Shown here: one piece after another, positions 24,838 through 32,000 of the stretch
Numbering within the stretch: position 1 is the stretch's first letter
Layout of the letters: every line of letters starts with the position of its first letter
Assembly: GCF_900199515.1 (NCBI RefSeq)
Contig: NZ_LT963434.1
Span: 1,742,180-1,774,179 of the forward strand
Direction: 5' to 3'
Length of the DNA: 32,000 nucleotides
Source of the DNA: Massilicoli timonensis
GTDB lineage: Bacteria; Bacillota_I; Bacilli_A; Erysipelotrichales; Erysipelotrichaceae
Position numbers and translations under genes: made by a program
Notes under the pieces: generated by a model
What the model was told of the DNA's origin: nothing
The model's input: only the letters and a program-made list of their open reading frames with translations
Databases searched by the model: none

Positions 24838-25812
24838 TTATCTCTCTAAACTGCGCTGGCGCTTGCGGTAGAGTTCCAGCGCCTTGACAATGGTGTCCTC
24901 GATCTTCTGCGCGGGCGTCCCCGCTGGGAAAAACTTGGCGATTCTATTTTTTGGTATTTTGAATTGCTCCACCTGGTTGGGCTTTTCCTCCTTCATAATG
25001 GAAACGAGTGCGTCTTTGGCCAGCCGTTCATCGCCGGTCTTGGCTTCGGACATCTGGCGCATTTTGATGGCCTGGGCGTGGGACGGGGTACAGTCCATCT
25101 CGTCCATGATAGTGAACAAGTCGGCCTGTTCTTCTTTTCGCAGGTAGGACAGCTCCACCGCAGGGCGCATGGCAATCTGAAGCATTTCCTGGTCTTTCAG
25201 AACTGAATTATCTACCAGCTCCAGGATTTCCGGGATGAGGTGGGTAAGGCGGATATATTTGCGTATCTGCTCATGGCTCTCGCCAGATTGTTCCGCAAGT
25301 ATTTCCCGACTTTTCTTCCCGGAAAAATGGGGCAACACTGTTGCACCATTTTCTTTTGGTGGCCGCCCAGCCTGCCTTTTCATAGCGTCCAGCTTCATTT
25401 TGTAGGCAAACGCCTTTTCCGATGGTAAAATCTGCTCCCGCTGCAGGTTGGAGTCCACCATGATAATTGTGGCTTCATCATCGGTGAGCTGCCTCACAAT
25501 ACAGGGGATTTCCTCAAGCCCCGCTAAATCCGCCGCCTTTTTCCTGCGGTGTCCAGCTACCATTTCATAGCCGCCCTCCGGTTTTGGGCGCACCAGGGCA
25601 GGGACCAATACGCCGTACTGCTTCACGCTTTCCGTCATTTCCCGCATGGCTTCATCCATACGAACCTTGAACGGGTGATTCGGGAAGTCGCTGATTTCCG
25701 AGAACGAAAGGTTGACGACTTTTTCAAGCCTTGCCTCGGCCCGTTCTTCCTCCGTGGAAAACAGGTCATCGACTGAGGGAAGATTGAAGTTTAGCCCGCT
25801 GCTTTTCGCCAT
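24838..25812 (-). CDS. parB: ParB/Spo0J-like partition protein (ParB N-terminal nuclease-like domain + HTH)
   Basis: The ORF is 324 aa. It contains PNHPFKVRMDEAMREMTESVKQYGVLVPALVRP...YEMVAGHRRKKAADLAG (ParB box GHRR). The SD is AGGAGG. It lies immediately downstream of parA. Confidence 0.9.
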   Translation of the reverse strand: MAKSSGLNFNLPSVDDLFSTEEERAEARLEKVVNLSFSEISDFPNHPFKVRMDEAMREMTESVKQYGVLVPALVRPKPEGGYEMVAGHRRKKAADLAGLEEIPCIVRQLTDDEATIIMVDSNLQREQILPSEKAFAYKMKLDAMKRQAGRPPKENGATVLPHFSGKKSREILAEQSGESHEQIRKYIRLTHLIPEILELVDNSVLKDQEMLQIAMRPAVELSYLRKEEQADLFTIMDEMDCTPSHAQAIKMRQMSEAKTGDERLAKDALVSIMKEEKPNQVEQFKIPKNRIAKFFPAGTPAQKIEDTIVKALELYRKRQRSLER

Positions 25813-26620
25813 CCGCCAGCACCTCCTTTGAAAACTCCGCGTAAGCCTGGGCCACCTTGCTCCCCTTGTCGTAGGCGTAAATACTCTTGCCTGCGGCGCT
25901 GATTTCTGCGGCTTTGATGGCTACGGGAATTTCGGAACGATAAATTTTCAACACGCTCCCGTAACTCTGCCGCAGTGTATCCGCTGTCTGTCTGGCAAGG
26001 TTTGTGCGCCCATCCACCAGCGTGAGCAGCACCCCGTCTACCTTCAGCGCCGGGTTGATCTGCCGTTTCACTTTATTGATGGTTTTCATAAGCTGGGTCA
26101 TGCCCTTGGCGGGGAGATAGTGGGCCTGCACCGGGATAATTACGCTGTCCGCCGCAGCCAGGGCGTTAATCGTAATCATGCCCAGGGACGGCATACAGTC
26201 AATGAGAACCACGTCATAGTGCTTCTTGGCTTCATTGACATAGGTTCTCAGCGTAAACTCCCGGCTCATGGCGTTGACCAGGCTCATTTCCAGCGCGGAC
26301 AGCTCGATGTTGGCGGGCATAAGGTCTACGCCCTCGCTGTGGTGCAAAATGCCCTCATCCGTGGTGAATGGCTCATCCCGGATCACTTTTTCCATGACGG
26401 TGGCCAGGGTGGTGGGCAGGCTGTCCTGGTCTTGCCAGCCCAGGCAGGTGGTAAGGTCGCCCTGGGGGTCTGCGTCAATGAGCAGCACCTTTTTCCCCAG
26501 ACGGGCTAAACCAATGCCCAGGTTCACCGTCGTGGTAGTTTTGCCTGTGCCGCCTTTCTGGTTGGCCAGCGCGATCACGCGGCCATCCCTGGGGCGGCTT
26601 CTTTGTTCCGGCATTTTCAT
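25766..26620 (-). CDS. parA: ParA/Soj-family partition ATPase
   Basis: The deviant Walker A is IALANQKGGTGKTTT. I place the start at the ATG at 26620 (MKMPEQ...) with SD GAAGGAGG. The track start at 26740 would run through a terminator hairpin. Confidence 0.9.
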   Translation of the reverse strand: MKMPEQRSRPRDGRVIALANQKGGTGKTTTTVNLGIGLARLGKKVLLIDADPQGDLTTCLGWQDQDSLPTTLATVMEKVIRDEPFTTDEGILHHSEGVDLMPANIELSALEMSLVNAMSREFTLRTYVNEAKKHYDVVLIDCMPSLGMITINALAAADSVIIPVQAHYLPAKGMTQLMKTINKVKRQINPALKVDGVLLTLVDGRTNLARQTADTLRQSYGSVLKIYRSEIPVAIKAAEISAAGKSIYAYDKGSKVAQAYAEFSKEVLADGEKQRAKLQSSLSR

Positions 26621-26632
26621 GTCCTCCTTCTT

Positions 26633-26673
26633 CGTAGATTTAGCCGCCCGTTGGCAAGACGGACGGCTATGTA
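26633..26673. promoter_or_regulatory. Operator/parS-like motif upstream of parA, shared with the 6304-6342 region
   Basis: The plus strand here reads CGTAGATTTAGCCGCCC-15 nt-GGCTATGTA. At 6304-6342 it reads CGTAGATTAGCCGCCC-14 nt-GGCTATGTA. The local imperfect palindrome is AGCCGCCCGT-tggcaag-ACGGACGGCT. Confidence 0.5.
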
Positions 26674-26697
26674 TGCGGGAATCTGAAAGATGGACAT

Positions 26698-26737
26698 GAA
26701 AAAAGCCGCTTACTCTTTCTGAAAAGAATAAGCGGCT
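26698..26737 (-). terminator. Rho-independent terminator between the small ORF and parA
   Basis: The minus strand reads AGCCGCTTATTC-ttttcagaaa-GAGTAAGCGGCT (12 bp, one mismatch) followed by TTTTTT. Confidence 0.65.
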
Positions 26738-26759
26738 CATAAGGCGGCGATATGTAATT

Positions 26760-26924
26760 TTACATCTTCTTCACCGGGGCACACATGGCTTTGAGCAGAA
26801 GTTCATCCAGGCAGCCGGTGTCCCGATTTTCCCGGAGCATAGTATTGCGCAGGTGGTTGAGGCTCTGGATCACAATGCTGTTCTCGGCGGGGGTGAGGTA
26901 TATCTTGAATTTCCGTTTTTTCAT
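26760..26924 (-). CDS. Small protein (54 aa), paralog of the 65-aa ORF at 1136..1333
   Basis: The ATG at 26924 has SD AAAGGAGG and gives MKKRKFKIYLTPAENSIVIQSLNHLRNTMLRENRDTGCLDELLLKAMCAPVKKM. About 22 of 50 aligned residues are identical to the other copy. Confidence 0.65.
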   Translation of the reverse strand: MKKRKFKIYLTPAENSIVIQSLNHLRNTMLRENRDTGCLDELLLKAMCAPVKKM

Positions 26925-26951
26925 AGGGCGTTCCTCCTTTACGCTTTCAGT

Positions 26952-26979
26952 ATATATAGAAGGAATACTGTACTGCAAA
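26952..26979 (-). promoter_or_regulatory. Possible promoter for the 54-aa gene
   Basis: The minus strand reads TTGCAG (26979-26974), a 16-nt spacer, then TATATA (26957-26952). The evidence is hexamer resemblance only. Confidence 0.25.
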
Positions 26980-26993
26980 TGTGCGATTTACAA

Positions 26994-27461
26994 TCAGATA
27001 GAAGTTGACTGGCAAAGGTATGTATCCACATTTACCTTTAGCTTTTTCAGTGCGGCAAGGATTTTATCGTGTTCTTTACGGCGTGGAACGCGGGCTTCCC
27101 TTTCCCAGCCGGAATAGGTTGTTTGACCTATTCCAATCACCTCTGCCATTTGCATTTGAGTTAAGGAAAGCTCATGCCGTACCTTTTTCAAAAGAGAGGA
27201 ATACGGGTAATCTACAAAGGTAGTATATTCGTCCAGAAGTCTATTGCGGTCAATCCCCAGCGTATTTGCAAGTGCCACCGCTATATCGTGCTTAATGGGG
27301 TGTCGGTCATTCTCATACAGAACCAGTGTCGCGGGCACAATGCCAACCTTTTCTGCCAGTTCCCTTGTGGTGAGACCCTGGAATGTCCGGTGATACTTCA
27401 GATATTGGCCCGGTGTGGTGCATTTTTCATCGGTTTTGTAGTCAAAGGTCAAATGAATCAT
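26994..27461 (-). CDS. XRE-family transcriptional regulator with two HTH domains (155 aa)
   Basis: From the ATG at 27461: MIHLTFDY... The two HTH segments are LTTRELAEKVGIVPATLVLYENDRHP and LSLTQMQMAEVIGIGQTTYSGWEREARVP. The upstream part of track ORF 26994..27854 is antisense to the response-regulator remnant and is not protein-like. Confidence 0.8.
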   Translation of the reverse strand: MIHLTFDYKTDEKCTTPGQYLKYHRTFQGLTTRELAEKVGIVPATLVLYENDRHPIKHDIAVALANTLGIDRNRLLDEYTTFVDYPYSSLLKKVRHELSLTQMQMAEVIGIGQTTYSGWEREARVPRRKEHDKILAALKKLKVNVDTYLCQSTSI

Positions 27462-27500
27462 GATTTTGCCTTTAGAATAGAGGTAAATCCCTGTGTGATT

Positions 27501-27884
27501 GAGATTACTATCGGTAAGCCTATAGACATGGACGAATTGGTTTTGCGTGTAGGGGCACTGCTTCGCCGTGCCAACATCAAAAATGAAAACCGCATGGAAA
27601 TTGGCGACCTTGTTTTGATTCGGGATGAAATGACTGCCTATGTGAATGGAGAAGAAATTCCTATCTTGCCAAGAGAGTTCAATATTCTTTATAAGCTGCT
27701 TTCTCACCCTAAAAAAATATTTACACGAAGTGAGCTGATTGATGAATACTGGGGCATGACGAATGATACCGGACTGCGTACTGTCGATGTCTACATTACG
27801 AAGCTCCGCAAGGAATTTGCCGGGTGTAAAAGTTTTGAAATCGTCACCGTACACGGATTCGGGTATAAGGCGGTGCTGAAATGA
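27501..27884 (+). pseudogene. OmpR-family response regulator, 5'-truncated: only the last receiver-domain residues and the winged-helix effector domain remain
   Basis: The recognisable sequence is ...IGKPIDMDELVLRVGALLRRA (end of the receiver, with the conserved K-P) followed by a trans_reg_C-like domain (LPREFNILYKLLSHPKKIFTRSELIDEYWG...VDVYITKLRKEF...VHGFGYK). No D-D/D/T receiver motifs lie upstream. The stop overlaps the kinase start (ATGA). Confidence 0.75.
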
Positions 27885-28948
27885 AATGGAAAAAACTGCT
27901 CAGGATATGGAAAAATGAAGATCCCCGTGTGACAGCTCCTGTTATTTCCTGGCGTGTGATCCTGTGTATTCTGGGAATTATGTACCTTCTGGTTACCTTC
28001 CAGACGTTTATTCTGGAATATTTCCATGATCGGATTGGCGCAATGGTTGGGGTGCTGACTTGTTATCTCGTTTTTGTATGTGGTGTATTATCCGGCTTGC
28101 TTTGGCTGCTTTGGAAACGCACAACTGACAAACCGCTCCGAAAGATTAAACGGGCGGCAAGAAGGGTTGCAGCGGGTGATTTCAGTGTGCAGATTGAACC
28201 GACGAGAAAAGATAAAAAGAAAAATGAATTGGATCTTTTGATTGATGATTTCAATACGATGACGCGGGAGCTTGCAGGAAACGAAGTCCTTAAAAATGAT
28301 TTTGTTTCTAATGTTTCCCACGAAATCAAAACGCCGCTTTCGGTTATTCAAAGCTATACAAAGGCATTGAGAGACGGTTATGTTCCGCCTGAACAGCAGG
28401 AGCAATATTGGGATACGATTCTGTATGCCACCGAAAAGCTGAATACGATTGTCACCAACATATTAAAGCTCAGCAAACTGGAAAATCAGCAGATTTTTCC
28501 GGAGCCTGAAACCTACCAGCTTGGTGAGCAGCTACGCCGTTGTGCGTTGGCCTTCATGAATAAGTGGCAGGCAAAGGATATTGAATTTGAAATAGATGTG
28601 GCGGATGTTGCTGTACATTATGACGCATCCCTTTTAGAGCTGGTCTGGAATAATCTTTTGTCAAACGCCATCAAGTTTACAGACAAAGGCGGGCAGATTT
28701 CACTCACATCAAAAGTTGCAGGAAACACCGTGCTGGTTACAGTAAAAGACTCCGGCTGTGGTATGAACGATGAAACCCGCAAACGGATTTTTGAAAAATT
28801 TTATCAGGGAGATGCTTCCCATGCTTCCGAGGGAAACGGCTTAGGTATGGCGCTTGCAAAAAAGGTCGTGGATATTGCAGACGGGAATATATCGGTAGAA
28901 AGCGCCCCTGGAAAGGGATCGGTATTTACGGTTGAACTAAAAATATAA
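27881..28948 (+). CDS. Sensor histidine kinase (two TM helices with a very short loop, HAMP, HisKA, HATPase_c)
   Basis: The H-box is VSHEIKTPLSVIQSY. The N-box is WNNLLSNAIKFT. G1 is KDSGCGM and G2 is GNGLGMALAKK. Confidence 0.9.
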   Translation: MKWKKLLRIWKNEDPRVTAPVISWRVILCILGIMYLLVTFQTFILEYFHDRIGAMVGVLTCYLVFVCGVLSGLLWLLWKRTTDKPLRKIKRAARRVAAGDFSVQIEPTRKDKKKNELDLLIDDFNTMTRELAGNEVLKNDFVSNVSHEIKTPLSVIQSYTKALRDGYVPPEQQEQYWDTILYATEKLNTIVTNILKLSKLENQQIFPEPETYQLGEQLRRCALAFMNKWQAKDIEFEIDVADVAVHYDASLLELVWNNLLSNAIKFTDKGGQISLTSKVAGNTVLVTVKDSGCGMNDETRKRIFEKFYQGDASHASEGNGLGMALAKKVVDIADGNISVESAPGKGSVFTVELKI

Positions 28949-28963
28949 TGGACGACTATCAGC

Positions 28964-29019
28964 GAATGCAAAAAGAGGAACATTTGTGATATCTAACGAA
29001 TGTTCCTCTTTTTGCATTC
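28964..29019. terminator. Bidirectional terminator between the convergent kinase and PLD genes
   Basis: A perfect 21-bp inverted repeat is present: GAATGCAAAAAGAGGAACATT (28964-28984) and AATGTTCCTCTTTTTGCATTC (28999-29019). The loop is 14 nt. Confidence 0.8.
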
Positions 29020-29021
29020 TT

Positions 29022-30428
29022 TCACAGAAATCTCCGAAGTAAAAGCATCAGAATCCTTATGATTTCGTAGTAAACGGATTTAGATGCAGACAGATTTCTG
29101 GAGATATAGTTCTTACCATATTTGTATTTCCCGTTGTCACTCATAACTCTGCTATACGTTTTGTCAATTTCGGCTTCCTTCCGAATAAGTGCATTTAACT
29201 CTGCGGAATCCACCGCTAGCATCAGCTCCGTATCCTGATAGGTGCTTCGCATATCGAAGTTATAGGAGCCGACGATGCTTAAACGCTCGTCCACCACAAG
29301 GGCTTTTGTGTGGGAGGAATGCTCGCCCATATACTCATGGACCCTGATTCCGGTTTTCCAGATATTCTGCTTCTGATTCATATAATCCGTACATCCCCAT
29401 GGATTGGCGCCGCTGGCAACATGGTTTGTAATACACTCTACCTGTTTTCCATAGGAAGTAATGGCTGTTAAGTCGGCATACATTTCCTTGCTGAAAATAA
29501 GGTATGGCGTAAAGACTGTGACCTGTCTGCCGACTTTTATCAGTTGACAGAGAGAATACCACATCCACGGTTCTTTGTTTTTTGCTTCGATTGGATTGGT
29601 CAGCAAAGAAATTCTGCTTGCAGGCAGGGTGCGACTTTTATAGTTCCAATCCTCGTAAGCAGCCGGATACTGATTCCTCATCTTCTTATAACGAGCGTAT
29701 AATTCAAGAAAAATAGCATCTGTCTGTATCCCCTCTTTTCCGAAAAAGAACCGGCTTTCTTCTATCCCCCAGACTGTTTCAAAATATGTCCGAAGCTGAC
29801 AGATGGATGCTTCTTCACAGGAGGTTGTTTGATAGACAAAAAGCTCCCTGTCTATGTTTGGTTTGTCGGCGCAATCTCCCAAAAAGAGATCGAAGGTGTT
29901 TCGTCCGCCCAGCAGGTACATGGTATCGTCAATGATCAGGTACTTGTCGTGCATCCTGGCAGGCAAATCCCATGGACGATAGAGTTTCAAGGGATTGTAT
30001 ATTTTGATGGAGATATTTCTCTGTGCGGCAAGCGTCTGAAAGTAAAGATTGTTTCGCATATCAAAATAGCCGCTGATGCCGTCCACAATGATTTTTATTT
30101 CCACGCCGCGGTTTGCAGCGCCAAGTAGAGCGGCCATAACATCTTTTCCGGCATGGTCAGCATGAAAAGCAAAGGTAGAAAGAATTACACTCTTTTTCGC
30201 CCTCTCAATCATGTGCAGCCTGTAAAGCAGCGCTTCGGTGTTATCCCGAATATAGGCAACACGCTCGCACCCCGGAATATTGGAATAAAAGCGGCGCTTT
30301 TCAAAGCTGCACTTATAAGCATTGGAAATCTTTTTGTGGCGGATATAGGGAATAAACATGGCAGCCGGATAGCATATCCCCATAAATAAAATCAGCCCGC
30401 CGATTGCGAAAAGAATAGTCTCTGTCAT
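29022..30428 (-). CDS. Phospholipase D family protein / cardiolipin synthase-like
   Basis: Two HKD motifs are present: MHDKYLIIDDTMYLLGGRN and SHTKALVVDERLSIVGSYNFDMRS. An N-terminal TM helix is present. The ATG at 30428 (MTETILF) has GGAG 8 nt upstream, and the ORF could alternatively start at 30446. Confidence 0.85.
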   Translation of the reverse strand: MTETILFAIGGLILFMGICYPAAMFIPYIRHKKISNAYKCSFEKRRFYSNIPGCERVAYIRDNTEALLYRLHMIERAKKSVILSTFAFHADHAGKDVMAALLGAANRGVEIKIIVDGISGYFDMRNNLYFQTLAAQRNISIKIYNPLKLYRPWDLPARMHDKYLIIDDTMYLLGGRNTFDLFLGDCADKPNIDRELFVYQTTSCEEASICQLRTYFETVWGIEESRFFFGKEGIQTDAIFLELYARYKKMRNQYPAAYEDWNYKSRTLPASRISLLTNPIEAKNKEPWMWYSLCQLIKVGRQVTVFTPYLIFSKEMYADLTAITSYGKQVECITNHVASGANPWGCTDYMNQKQNIWKTGIRVHEYMGEHSSHTKALVVDERLSIVGSYNFDMRSTYQDTELMLAVDSAELNALIRKEAEIDKTYSRVMSDNGKYKYGKNYISRNLSASKSVYYEIIRILMLLLRRFL

Positions 30429-30610
30429 AACTGTTTCTCCGTCCATTAAGAGTAGTGTAAGCCTATCATAATGGGTGGATGTTATTCTAATTCCTTGTTT
30501 ATGTTAATGAAATGTAAAACACGCCCGTTTCATGCGGGAGATTTTACGTTTCATATCTCATTAACAAAAATTGAGAAGAGGATTAACATCCGCATTTTAT
30601 TATACCTGTC

Positions 30611-31675
30611 ATGAGAAATCTTAATGTCCCAATTTTGGAAGGGGGAGTTATTTTGAAAATCATATCATTTGTTGTGCCATGCTATAACTCAGCTGCGTAT
30701 ATGAGGAAATGTATAGATTCACTGTTAGTTGCCGGGACTGATGCAGAAATCATTATTATAGATGATGGCTCTGTGTCAGATGATACGGCAGTCATTGCCG
30801 ATGAATATGAAAAAAATTATCCACATATCTGCAGGACCGTCCATCAGGAGAATGGAGGGCATGGCGAGGCGGTGAATACCGGGCTTCGCTATGCAATGGG
30901 ACTGTATTATAAAGTTGTGGATTCGGATGACTGGCTGGATTGCGACAGTCTTCTCCTGGTAATTAAAAAGTTGAAGGCATTTCATGCTGCAAATATCTGT
31001 GTGGATATGATGATCTGCAATTATGTATATGAACACGTCTTAGACAACACATCTAAGACGATCAGTTACACCAATGTTCTTCCGGTGAACTGTATTTTTG
31101 GATGGAAGGATGTCGGCCATTTCCGCATAGACCAAAACCTTTTGATGCATTCGGTTATATATCGGACACAGGTACTGCGGGATTGTGGATTGGTGCTGCC
31201 AAAGCATACCTTCTATGTAGATAATCTGTTTGTTTATGTACCTTTGCCATATGTAAAGACGATGTATTATATGGATTTGGATTTATATCGTTATTATATT
31301 GGGCGTGAGGATCAGTCGGTCAATGAACGGGTAATGATAGGACGCATTGACCAGCAGATTCGAGTTAATAATTTGATGATTGATGCGTACAACCTTCCAG
31401 AAGACGTAAAGAATCGGTCTCTGGCACATTATATGATGAAGTATCTGGCTATGATTTCTCTTGTTACATCGGTTATGCTGATTATTTCAGGAACCGATGA
31501 AGACCGTGTGAAACGATGTTCATTCTGGAATGATTTTAAGAAAGGAAATCCCAAAATGTACCATCACATTCGTTATAGTATTCAAGGTATTGCCAGTAAT
31601 CCACCGGGAAAATGGGCAGAGTCAGTTGTCATATGGGGATACCATATCGCACAGCGCATTTTTAAATTTAACTGA
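30611..31675 (+). CDS. Family 2 glycosyltransferase
   Basis: The segment ISFVVPCYNSAAYMRKCIDSLL...IIIIDDGSVSDDT is a GT2 signature. The true start may be the TTG at 30653, which has GGGGGAG 7 nt upstream. Confidence 0.85.
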   Translation: MRNLNVPILEGGVILKIISFVVPCYNSAAYMRKCIDSLLVAGTDAEIIIIDDGSVSDDTAVIADEYEKNYPHICRTVHQENGGHGEAVNTGLRYAMGLYYKVVDSDDWLDCDSLLLVIKKLKAFHAANICVDMMICNYVYEHVLDNTSKTISYTNVLPVNCIFGWKDVGHFRIDQNLLMHSVIYRTQVLRDCGLVLPKHTFYVDNLFVYVPLPYVKTMYYMDLDLYRYYIGREDQSVNERVMIGRIDQQIRVNNLMIDAYNLPEDVKNRSLAHYMMKYLAMISLVTSVMLIISGTDEDRVKRCSFWNDFKKGNPKMYHHIRYSIQGIASNPPGKWAESVVIWGYHIAQRIFKFN

Positions 31676-31697
31676 TGAGACGCAAAGGTATGAAAAG

Positions 31698-32000
31698 ATG
31701 AGCAGACTTAATAAGATCATTCTGAAAAACATATGGCATATCCCGGGGCTATTGATAAAACTGAACCGTATTCTCAAAGTCCCTAAAATGTACACGGAGG
31801 AAGAACGGATGGAACCGATCAGATACTTTTGTGAACGAGTTAAAAAGAGCGGTGACATCTCGGTAAAGGTATCTGGAAGAGAACATATTCCATCAGACAG
31901 AGGATTTATTTTTTATCCGAACCATCAGGGGCTGTTCGATGCGGTTGCGGTTGCTGACGGGACAGGGATTATGGTTTCTCCTCTTATTAAGAAAGAATTG
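31698..32000 (+). CDS. 1-acyl-sn-glycerol-3-phosphate acyltransferase-like (PlsC family), 5' part; runs off the right edge
   Basis: Manual translation gives MSRLNKIILKNIWHIPGLLIKLNRILKVPKMYTEEE...GFIFYPNHQGLFDAVAV with the H(X)4D acyltransferase motif NHQGLFD. The frame is open to the window end. Confidence 0.7.
   Translation, partial: MSRLNKIILKNIWHIPGLLIKLNRILKVPKMYTEEERMEPIRYFCERVKKSGDISVKVSGREHIPSDRGFIFYPNHQGLFDAVAVADGTGIMVSPLIKKEL

Larger units (their letters stand above)
1..27500. mobile_element. Interior and one end of an integrative conjugative element (conjugation/mobilisation, partition, adhesin and establishment modules); the left part continues beyond the window
   Basis: The array contains co-directional T4CP, relaxase, MobC, PcfB-like, Toprim, ParAB, LPXTG-type adhesin and methylase-helicase genes. 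Composition drops sharply to AT-richer sequence near 26.75-27.5 kb. A response-regulator gene is truncated at ~27.5 kb. Confidence 0.8.

Noticed and set aside
24630-24849. Small ORFs in the parB-adhesin leader (24630..24818 minus, 62 aa; 24604..24849 plus, 81 aa)
   Set aside because: The minus ORF starts at a GTG only 2 nt after a GGAG, which is too close. It is Pro/Arg-rich and ends inside a terminator U-tract. The plus ORF is antisense with no SD. I treat the region as a non-coding leader, although a short leader peptide cannot be excluded.
1136-25812. A striking recurrence of C-terminal ...KER / ...RER / ...EAR / ...GER tails on at least ten proteins, which first looked like a shared signal or processing motif
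   Set aside because: In most cases translational coupling explains the tails. The last codons double as the SD and spacer of the next gene, for example AAAGGAG-CATGAGCG-ATGA at 5305, AAAGGA-CGTGAGCG-ATGATG at 18406 and GAAGGAG-CGTGAACG-ATGATG at 19041. The recurring GAGCGATGA junction is a nucleotide-level constraint, not a peptide signal.
26621-26740. N-terminal 40-codon extension of ParA in the ORF track (start at 26740)
   Set aside because: The extension runs through a terminator hairpin (26698-26737) and the conserved upstream motif, and it has no SD. The ATG at 26620 has GAAGGAGG and gives a normal distance to the Walker A motif.
26994-27884. Track ORFs 26994..27854 (minus, 286 aa) and 27174..27884 (plus, 236 aa) taken at full length
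   Set aside because: They overlap each other antisense. Only the C-terminal 155 aa of the minus ORF (XRE) and the last ~125 aa of the plus ORF (response-regulator remnant) look like real protein. The remaining portions are mutual antisense read-through.
1-32000. Search for tRNA, rRNA, CRISPR arrays, integrase/recombinase genes, reverse transcriptase, toxin-antitoxin pairs or restriction endonucleases
   Set aside because: I saw no repeat-spacer periodicity, no cloverleaf-like or rRNA-like segments, and no ORF with recombinase, RT or nuclease motifs. The recombinase of the element is presumably outside the window.

Overview
Positions 1 to about 27,500 form one GC-rich gene array (about 60% GC by spot counts of single lines). 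All genes lie on the minus strand. The content is typical of a Firmicutes/Clostridia-type integrative conjugative element (ICE). Read right to left it encodes: an XRE regulator, a small protein, ParA, ParB, a 1,409-aa sortase-anchored thioester/Cna-B adhesin, seven uncharacterised proteins, a 3,137-codon polyvalent ORF (ArdC-N-like + N6-adenine methyltransferase + SNF2 helicase), two small proteins, a DUF3991/Toprim protein, a DpnD/PcfM-like protein, MobC, a MOB relaxase, a PcfB-like protein, an ArdC-N-like protein, a small protein, and the first 383 codons of a TraG/VirD4 coupling protein. No integrase lies in the window. The last ~4.5 kb is AT-richer (low 40s % GC) chromosomal flank. It holds a 5'-truncated OmpR-family response regulator (apparently the insertion target), its intact histidine kinase, a PLD/cardiolipin-synthase-like gene, a GT2 glycosyltransferase and the start of an acyltransferase. 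The most notable observation is an intact, Shine-Dalgarno-preceded TnpV-family gene in the +1 frame inside the low-complexity linker of the giant ORF. Third-codon-position bias there follows the tnpV frame rather than the giant frame. Other points: a triple-hairpin oriT candidate upstream of mobC; gene polarity consistent with a leading region full of unknown genes; a conserved ~40-nt motif upstream of both parA and the Toprim gene; terminator-like hairpins immediately upstream of several start codons; two unlisted small membrane-peptide ORFs; and a duplicated small-protein family. All family names come from my own recognition of motifs. No database search, folding or statistics program was available.
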